From positions 434,001 through 498,000 of the forward strand of contig JBBPEB010000023.1 of assembly GCA_039096225.1 (NCBI GenBank): a stretch of 64,000 nt of DNA, written 5' to 3'. The position numbers and the translations under genes are program-made. Of this stretch, positions 54,362 to 64,000 are shown one piece after another. Position 1 is the stretch's first letter; the number at the start of each line of letters is the position of its first letter. The DNA is from Blastocystis sp. Blastoise (taxonomy: Eukaryota > Protista > Bigyra: Opalinata). Under the pieces are notes generated by a model, which was given only the letters and a program-made list of their open reading frames with translations, ran no database searches and was not told the DNA's origin.

Positions 54362-57300
54362 ATGAGTGTTAATGGAAATAGTACTCGATTGGATCCGAAA
54401 TGTGGAACAATAAAATCGATCAAGCTAGAGAACTTTATGTGTCACAAAAGTTTATATGTGAAATTTTCCCCTGATATCAATTTCATTACTGGAGCTAATG
54501 GGAGTGGTAAAAGTGCTGTGTTAGCTGGCATTCAAGTATATATTTTTATGTTCTTTATGTTTTATAACTATGAAATCTTAGACTGTATTAGGTGTACAGT
54601 CAAATTCAAAAAGAGAGAAGAAAGCATCCAATTATATTCGACATGGATGGGATGGTTCTGCTGTTGTTGAATTAGAGATTTGGAATACTGGTATATAATT
54701 TAGTGTTTGAGATATTTAATATATGATTTTTTATTATATTCTTATTATTAGATATATAATGTTCATTCTTTCTTTAGGTTATGGTGCCTATCAACATGAT
54801 ATATATGGTGATATATTAATAATAGAAAGAATTATATCTAGAACTAGTAGTCGTTATAAAATCAAAAGTGCTTCGTATGAATTATATATTTGTTTTTAAA
54901 TAAATTTTTTAAATTATTTTTTTAAAACTATTTATATATTCTAGTGGTGAAGTTATTTCTACAAGAAAACAAGATATTACAAAATATTTACAGTATAGTC
55001 ATCTTCAAGTATATATATAAAATAATAATGAAATTATATATATAAAGATATTTGAATTTTTTTTAAGAATTATATATATTAGAATTATTATTTTGTATAC
55101 TATTTTATATATAGCCAGATAATCCGTTAGTTATATTAGATCAAGAGAGTGCAAAGCAATTTTTGTACGGAGAAGAAAAAGATCGTTATGAATTTATGAT
55201 GAAAGCTGTTGAATTAACAACTGTTGAAGATATGTATATATATTTAATTATTTATAATTAAATTATTGTATTATTTACAATGATAATCTAGATATATATA
55301 TATAATATTGTTTATTATATTGAATAAACTATATGTTACATATTTTATCTATTTCTCTTGAATATTATTTTTATGATCCTCTAAATATAATAAAAAATAA
55401 TAAAATATTTAATAAATTATAATGTATTATATATTTGTATATAAAATTAAAATTATATATTCTAAAATTATTTTTTATATAATATAATAGTATATAATAT
55501 AATTATATATAATATAATATAATATAAAATAAACATACCATAATATATATAGTTACATGAGTGGTCATAAAGGAATAGAAGAAATGTCCCGTTTAAATGA
55601 GAATTTCAAGAATTCCGAATTATTAGAATTACAGCGTATATATGAATCAAAAGAAGAGACCTTTAAAAAGCATGAAGAATTATTAAGAGCACCTATATAT
55701 GAAGAACAGAAGAAGAAATTAATAGAATGGGCAAAGATACAACAAGTCGAAATAGATATACGCTTAAAAGAAGAGAAATTATCGAATGATCAGAAAGCTA
55801 TTGATTCTTTAAAAGTGAATTTAGATAAATTAACTGAAGAATATAATAATGCTATGAGTAAGAATGAACAAATATCGATTCAATTAAAAAGTTTGCATGA
55901 AGATGTAGATAATTTAAATCATGAATATAATGATAAAAATAGAGAAAAACAAAGTATAATGGGACCTATAAATGAATTAAAAAATCGTATACGTTCTTGT
56001 CAATTTGAAATTAATAAAGAGAAAAAGAATGAAGATCGAAATCGTAAACAAGCTGAAATATGTTTTAAGAAAGCAAAAGAACAATCTGAAAAAGAAGATA
56101 TTATTCATTTAATTGAAAAATATCAATCACAAAAAACAGAATTATTAAATAGAAAACAAGAAAAAGAAAAAGAACGTCAAGAATTAAGAAATGAACAATT
56201 AGTATTAAGAAGAAATGTAGATGATTTTAATCAAACTCAAAATGAATATAAACGACAATTAAAACAATTACAAAATGAATTAAATGATATTTCTACAGCT
56301 ATTAAGAATTGTGAACGTGGTAAAAATCAAAGTTTATATAAGTATATTTATATATTTTTATTAGTATAGAGTATCGTTTTTGCATACCCATTTTTATAAG
56401 TTTTTTTATTTCATTATTTATATATTGAATTTTTTGTAAGTCTTATATTATTCATTTTTTTTAATAATAATATTTGAAGAATAATAATATATTTTTTTAA
56501 ATAATAATATTTGAATAATAATAATATTTTATTTTAATACTAATAATTTATATAACTATTTATATGAATTTAAATAGAATTTTTTTTATATTTATAATCA
56601 AACGCTATAAATCATTTTAAAATTCTTCTATATATATATATATGCTTATATATATAAATTTGGTGAAGATGTTGTTCGTTTGTCATCAGAAATAGAAGAT
56701 AGAATAAAGAGTTTTAAAATAAAACCTATAGGTCCTATAGGTCAATATATAAAGATAAAACCAGAATATAAGAATTGGTCTTTTGCTGTCGAAACTATTA
56801 TAGGTCGAGGATTACGTAGTTTTATATGTTTTGATGGTAATGATATGCTATTATTAAATCAAATCAAAAAGAATTTAAATATACGTAATGTACAATGTTA
56901 TACAAAGAATTCTTCTTGTGATTATTTTGATTATTCTGCTTATCGCCCTAATAGTCAATTTTTATGCGCAATGGATGTACTAGATATTTCACATCCTGCT
57001 GTACAAAATATTATATTAGATTTAAATAATTTAGATCAATATTCATTAGTACAAACAAGAGAAGAAGCAGATCATTATATGGAAAATGGAAATCATTATT
57101 CTATGCCTCAAAATATACGTTTCTTTTTATTACCTGATGGGGACCGTACATTTGCAACATGTGGTTCGTTAACAAATCAACCGTTTCAAGGTCGTATACA
57201 GAAATTATTAGAATCAAGTCAAGAAAATCGTATTGAAGAATATAAACAAGAATATATATTACAACAGAAGAAAATAGAGCAATTAAATTCAGAAATGATG

Positions 57301-58982
57301 ACAAGTCGTCAGTCACAAACAAATAGTGGATCTCAAATGAGAGAATTAGAGAAACAAATAGGTCAAATAGAGAAAGAAATTGATACTATAGAACAGAAAT
57401 TATCTGAAATTAATAATATGATATCTTCTTTACAAGAGAAAGAGAAAGAGAATGATTATTTATTAGATAGTCAGAATTATACAAATGAAGCTGAAGAGAA
57501 TCATAAGCATATTTCAGAACTTGAGACTTCTTTAGAAAGTATTCAAAAAGAATTAAGTATAAAGAATGAATTATATGTGAATATTAATAATGAATTATCT
57601 AATTTACGTAATAAAATACAAGTTACTCAAGATTCTATAGATCAGATGGGTACACAAAGTGAGGACTTAAAGAAAAGTATTGTTATAGATGGTCAACGAA
57701 AGTTATTAAATGATAAAATTAATAATTTAGTATTAAAGATAAATGATGATTCATTAAATATACAGAATACTAAAGAAACAGTTCAACGAGCTATAGATAG
57801 TGCAGGTGGAGAAGAAACACGTCCAAAGAAACAATTGAATTTAAATCGATGTGTTGCAGACTTATCAAGATTTCAAGAAAAAATTAAAAGTCAATTAACT
57901 CAATTAGGAACTGATTCTATAGAAACATTAAAAGATGATTATATACGTTCTAAAACACAATATGAAGAATCTAAACGTAAATATGAAGATAGTTATCAAG
58001 CTCAACAAGAAATGGTATTATTAGATGAACGACATCGAAAAAGACTGAAAGAAATACGTAATAAATGCTATATTGATCTTAGGTATGCTAATCATTTAGT
58101 TTTTTAGTTTTATATGATATTTTTAGTATTATATATTATTTTTATTATGATATGATATTAATTTTATTATTATATAAGTTTTATTATTATATGATATTGA
58201 TTTTATTATTATTGAATAGATTGATTTATTTGAATAAAAACTATATTTATTTCTTATAATATTCAATTTGTTTTATTATAATATATATATATTTATCAAC
58301 AATGAATAAATAATTATAAATTTATTTATCAACAATAAATAAATAATTATAAATTTATTTATCAACAATAAATAATTATAATTTATATCAATAATAAATA
58401 AATAATTATATATCTTTTTTCAACAATAAATAAATAATTATATATCTATTCATCAACAATAAATAAATAATAATTATAACTCTATATAGACGTACATTTA
58501 AAGAGATTTTAGCTGAACGTGGTTATGAAGGTGATTTAGATATACAAAAAGGTGAACAAAAAATGGCTATTTCAATATCTACTTCTGATACTCAATCTGA
58601 TGGTTCACATGTAAAAAATTTAAAAATATTAAGTGGTGGTGAACGTAGTAATGTATGTTTATGTCTTATATCTGCTATGTCTAGACTTATGAAAACACCT
58701 GTTATGATATTAGATGAATTTGATGTATTTATGGATGAAGCAAATCGTACATTAGCATTTACAACAATGTTACATAATGCTGAAGAAAAAAGAAGACAAT
58801 ATATTTTTATTACTCCTCATTCTTTACAACCTGTATTACAAAAAATGGGTAAATTTGATATTCCTATTCAAACATTTCGTATGGAAGATCCATCTAGAGT
58901 TTCTAATTTTAATAATGATACCAATAATAATAATAATGAAAATGAAGAAGAAGAAGGTGATGGTGATGCTAATGAAGAATAA
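54362..58982 (+). CDS. SMC6: Structural maintenance of chromosomes protein 6; 8 exons (intron 6 has a probable non-AG acceptor)
   Basis: LENFMCH, Walker A ITGANGSGKSA, DNPLVILDQE, hinge KPIGPIG, signature LSGGERS, Walker B LDEFDVFMD, QYIFITPH. Confidence 0.96.
58290..58475. repeat. Intronic minisatellite, ~30-bp unit TTTATCAACAATAAATAAATAATTATAAA, about 6 copies
   Basis: Seen directly in the last SMC6 intron. Confidence 0.85.
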
Positions 58983-59667
58983 TTTGATACCTTTTCTTTA
59001 TTATAATTGAATTCATATATATATATATATTCTTTTTATTTAAACTTATCTTTTCATTTTGATCTTCTCTTTTTTTTATTTCTTATCGTTTTATTTGTAT
59101 TGATTTGTTTTCTTATTTTCTTGTTCATTATTTCATTCGTATACTCAATAAATAATTATAAACAATAATAACAAAGAATAATAACAATACTATATGAGAT
59201 TTCTCTACAAAAAGCCGGTTTTTTGTTTGATCATTCTCTTTATTGCTATAGTATTATCCTCGTATCTTCATGTAAAGATGATTTTATTTTACATTGCGTG
59301 AACTTAAATGATGCTAAACATAAAAGGAATACATATTTACTTTAGAATTGTCAAAAAAGTTAATTTCTTTTTATTCTATGAATTCTATACAGTATATATC
59401 TTTTTATAAATGATGAAAAATTAATAAACACTATCAAATTAATTTGTACAAGAAAAAAAACTTAGATAAAAAAATAATAATTGAAAAGAATTCTTTTTGA
59501 CTTTGTAACATGATAATTTCCAAGAAAAAATAGAGAATCATTACTGGAAGCTTATTTTTCATTGAGAACATAATATTTATTTAATTATTTATAATTGAAC
59601 TACTATTATCGTTTGTAAGCATTAAACAGAGATCAAGAAGACATTAATCTATTCATTTAAAATAAAA

Positions 59668-61475
59668 ATGTCTGTTATTCTACCTTACACTCGTGGTCAA
59701 AGTGTTGCAAAATATTCTGAACCATCTACTATTTTGGATTCTGATAAATATGATAAGTCTAAATTATCATTTAAGAAAATTTTTACTGTAATTTTCATTA
59801 CTTGCTTTTAGTTTACATGTATAGGTAGTTTATGCTATTTTTTTGTGGTATTTCTTTAGTCTTTGTTCAACTATATTAAATAAAACACTTGTGTCGAAAG
59901 ATATATTTCCTATTACGTTGACTTTTACGCATGTTTCTATTAGTACAATTTGTGATTGTATGTATATATGATTTATAGCTTATAATTATTTGTAATTTTC
60001 AATTATCTCGTTTTAAATATATTAATAAAATCCAATTTATAGTAGTTATTATTAATGGTATTAAACATAAAGAATATAAGGCTACAACACATTTAACAAC
60101 TAGTCAATTGATTCAATCTATACTTCCATTATCTTTAGCTATGGTTCTTACTCAATTATTTACTTATATAAGTTATAGTTTAGTTCCTGTTTCTTTAACA
60201 CATACAGTAAAAGCATTGCAACCTTTATTTAATGTTATTATTGTATATTTATGGACAGGAAATAAAGTATCTATAAAAGTTGTGCTTTCTTTAATTCCAA
60301 TTATTTCAGGTGTTGCTTATTCTTCTGTTAATGAATTACAGTATATAGTATTATATTTCATATATTATTTATTATTTTTTTTAATTTTTTTTTAGTGCTT
60401 TTTTTTATATAGAAAATGATTTCTTTTTGTATTTCTATAAATAATTAATTTATATATATATAGATTTAATATGCGTGGTTTTATTTTTGCATTATTATCT
60501 ACATTAACTAGTGTTTGGCAAAGTATATATGTAAAAATGCTCATGAGATATGGAATAGATAAAGATTATGTATATATAGTATATATTACTGAAATTTTTT
60601 TAAATATTTTTTTTATAATAATAATAGTTATATAGTTTATTATTATTATTTGTTTTGTCTATTTTTGTTAGTATTGTATAAGAATAGTAGTATTATTATT
60701 ATTATTATATATATAGCTTCATTTATTAAATGGCTTATTATCTGTTATCCTTTTATGTCCATGTGTAATTATTTATGAATATTATAATAAAACATATGAA
60801 TCTATTAATATAAAAGGGATGATTCTATGTTCATTACTTCAATATTTTGCGTCTATTGGATCATATAAAGTATATTAATATTATTTATATTATTTATATT
60901 ATATAATATTCTATTATTTTATTTTATTAATATTATATTATATATTTTATTTTATTTATATTATTTATATTATTTTTATTATATATTTTATTTATATTAT
61001 TTATATTATTTATATTATATATATAGTCATTATCACTGATTAGTTCATTAACTTATTCTATTTTAAATACTTTTAAACGTGTTGCTATTATTATTATATC
61101 AGCATTATATTTTGGAAAATATTTATCTTCACAAAATATTTTTGGAATCGTTATCGCTGTTCTAGGTATATTATTATTATTGAAATTATTATTGAAATTA
61201 TATATAAAAATTATTTTTTCTACTTATCATGTTCATCATTATTCTTTTATATATATATAAATTCTTATTATTATATATTCAATATTTTTATACATTACAT
61301 CAATTCTACTATTATTCTATATATATATATAGGTGTATTAGGTTATAATTTAGTATGTCTTTCTGAAGATAAATCTCTTAGAACTCCAAGATCTCCTCAA
61401 TTTACTCCTCATGACAGTATTGATTATAGAAAATATCTAAAATCATCGAATAGTGTACCAAAAATTATTATATAA
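59668..61475 (+). CDS. Triose-phosphate/nucleotide-sugar transporter family (TPT, SLC35E-like); 7 exons
   Basis: LWYFFSLCSTILNK, FPITLT, VPVSLTHTVKALQPLF, LSLIPIISGV, FNMRGF, ISSLTYSILNTFKRVAII. Confidence 0.92.
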
Positions 61476-63211
61476 TTATATTATTAGTTATATATACTTT
61501 TGTTTTCTATATATATATATAGATTATTATTAATTTCCTTTTTTATTTGAATCACAAATTCAACTATTTTTTTATATATTTTATTTTTCTTTCCATTTTT
61601 CTATAACAATATTTCTTTTTTTTATTCTAATATTGTTTTTTACTTTTACTCTGAAATATCATTTTATGATTTTTTCAATTCTATTTTTATGGAAATTTCT
61701 TTATTATTATTTTATTTTTTTAATCTTTTTCATATTCATTTTTTTATATCCTTTTATATGTGTATGTATTTTGCATTCATTATGATTATTCTATTTATAA
61801 TACCATATTAATTAACTTTTTATATACATTACTATAAAGTTTTATATCCTATATATAAATAATCTCTTTATTTTGTTTTGTTTTGTGTTTTCACGTATTC
61901 ATGTGACTTTTAAATGAATCATAGTCTTTTAATTTGTTTTTTTCTATTCATAATTTTTTTATAAATATTATTGAATATAGTTGAAAGTCTATTTGCTTTT
62001 ATTAATGATAGTAGAATTGTTTTAAGTATTCTTAAGATAGTAATAATATATCATGTATTATTTATATCCCTATATATGCACATTAATATATATATATCTT
62101 ATTTATCGTTTTATCCATCAAAAATTGAATAACAAAGAATATATATATATTGGTATGTATAACGAAACAATGAAAATGTCAATTAATTTTTTTACAATTT
62201 TTTTAAATGTTTAAAAAAAAATGTTTTTGCATTTACTATTTGAAAAATGATTTATAATATCAATATATATATGATTCTATTATGGCTATTTCATTATAGA
62301 CTTCCATTGAATATAAAACACATTTACTTGCCTATATTCTTTACTAATATAAAAATATCTAAGAAATGCACTAACATACTATTGTATAAAATTTATATGT
62401 ACATATATTTAAAAATAGAAGAAGAATTAGAATACTTTTCAAATAATGATCGTAAACTTGTCATCTTCTCAAGAATAATGTAAAAAAATTATATTTAAAT
62501 ATAAATATGATGTTTAGCAAGAAAAACAATCTGTGTTATAACGAAGTACCACACTGTTTTTACGATGCAGTTAATGATTGCATAATATCGAGAGACGCAT
62601 TGATTTCTGTATAATTATTACAATATTCTTAAATGTATCTTTACTTGTATTTTATTAAATAACGCGTAGTTGAACTACAATAACTGATACTTCATAGTTT
62701 TTATCCATTTTTATAGTTCATAGAAAATACTTACCACTATAGCATTTGCCCCATTATTTTCATCACTAACGATCAATAACATTCAATTTTGACTCAAGAA
62801 ATTCAGAATACCATCAAAAACTTTCCAAATTATTTGAATATTATACTTTGAAATGGTTACTTAGAACATGCACAATACAATGTTTTAAATAGTTCAACTT
62901 GAACATATCTACGAGATACTATACAACGCTTCAAAAGATTTTTTTTATATAAAAGAAGAAAACCGTGACTATTTGATGGTTTTCTGAGTAGATATAAGTA
63001 CTTACAATACACCTACTTGTAAGTTTTCATAATGTACGTAAATTCTCCAAGTATTAAGTTTCAAGTTTCACTTTTTTATTGTTTCAATGACTATTTCGCA
63101 ATTATCATTATCTATATGAAATTCTTGGAATTTATCTATTGTATATTTAGCGATATATATATAACGATAAGTTACTTTATAATTCTTAGTGAAAATAATT
63201 GAATTTTACTA

Positions 63212-64000
63212 ATGTCAGACGCTGAGTTTCATTTCACTGATGATAAATGTAATTCTATATGAATAAGATTATTTAACTATATTTTTAGATTTATTTACGT
63301 TTCAAGATGAGACGCAATTATGGATTCCTAAAAGAATTATTGAAGAATATCCGCAACTACCGTTTCAGAATCTTATTCAACACTCTGATAAATATGGAGA
63401 TGGCAGCTATTATATAGATATGCTTCCATTTCATATGGAAAAAGTAATTCATTTTTTGATGGAAGAAAACATCGATGTTTTGTTGTTCAACTTAAGGGAT
63501 AGTTTCGATATATACAAAATATTCGTTGAGTATTCAGTTGTGATTAGTAAAGAAATACAACGCAATTTAATATTTCATATTGAAGAATTATTTGTTGATT
63601 ATTTAAATGAGAATAATTATCGTGTATATGTATATAATAATGTGCCAAGTTTTATTATGGAATATTTCTCTTCAACCAAGAAAAAGCTTTCTATTCATGG
63701 TATATATACTATAATTTAATTAGTATATAATATATGTGTATTAGGATTGATTACTCCTGAGAAACAGAAGGAATTATTATATTATGAATTACTGTTTAAA
63801 ATGATGAATATTACTGAGGTTGATATTAATTGTAAATATATTATATATAGTATAAATAATAATATATATAGATGAATATGCTTCAAATATTCCAATAGAA
63901 TATATATGTCCATCGTGTATTCAAGATATATTCCCTTCATTAAAAGAATTAAGAGTCACTGTAACTACAAATTATGTGAAAAGTGATAAATTATTAAATC
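63212..64000 (+). CDS. Hypothetical protein with a BTB/POZ-like N-terminus, 3'-truncated
   Basis: ATG at 63212, in-phase introns; YLFTFQDETQLWIPKRIIEEYPQLPF...YYIDMLPFHMEKVIHFL loosely resembles BTB/T1 domains. Confidence 0.6.

Noticed and set aside
18802-61475. Functional cluster of trafficking genes (SM protein, p24, STX16, myotubularin, SLC35)
   Set aside because: They are interspersed with unrelated genes (ATIC, SMC6, WDR5-like) in mixed orientation, and trafficking genes are common enough to co-occur by chance.
61746-61755. Second ATATCCTTT U12-like donor
   Set aside because: It lies downstream of the transporter stop codon with no flanking exon or matching branch/AC site.
1-64000. Alternative genetic code or stop-codon reassignment
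   Set aside because: Multi-kb exons have no in-frame TAA/TAG/TGA, Trp is TGG and Gln is CAA/CAG in conserved motifs, and every apparent stop falls inside an intron.

Overview
Very AT-rich (roughly 80% by eye), gene-dense, intron-rich eukaryotic DNA in the standard genetic code. The gene families suggest an AT-rich Blastocystis-like stramenopile; this is an inference, not a database result. The ORF track is fragmented by introns, so I rebuilt the gene models by hand from splice-site phase: 17 protein-coding genes (2 cut by the window edges) with about 125 introns. In order: a coiled-coil protein, two tandem giant modular surface proteins, a PH + Sec1/Munc18 fusion, a kinase + TLDc fusion, p24/TMED, a CCCH zinc-finger protein, ATIC/PurH, a small type-I membrane protein, a WDR5-like protein, a glycosyltransferase/methyltransferase-like protein, syntaxin-16, a TBC-PDZ-GRAM-myotubularin, a DUF4787-like protein, SMC6, a TPT/SLC35E transporter and a BTB-like protein. 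The most striking signals concern splicing. (i) Many introns run GTATATAT...ATATATAG, with self-complementary ends. (ii) Two introns in conserved genes (ATIC and SMC6) appear to end in GG and AA rather than AG, and both ends copy the end of the upstream exon as a 7-8 nt direct repeat; this is either real non-canonical splicing or an assembly-polishing artefact. (iii) There is one well-formed U12-type AT-AC intron. I recognised no tRNA, rRNA, CRISPR array or transposase.
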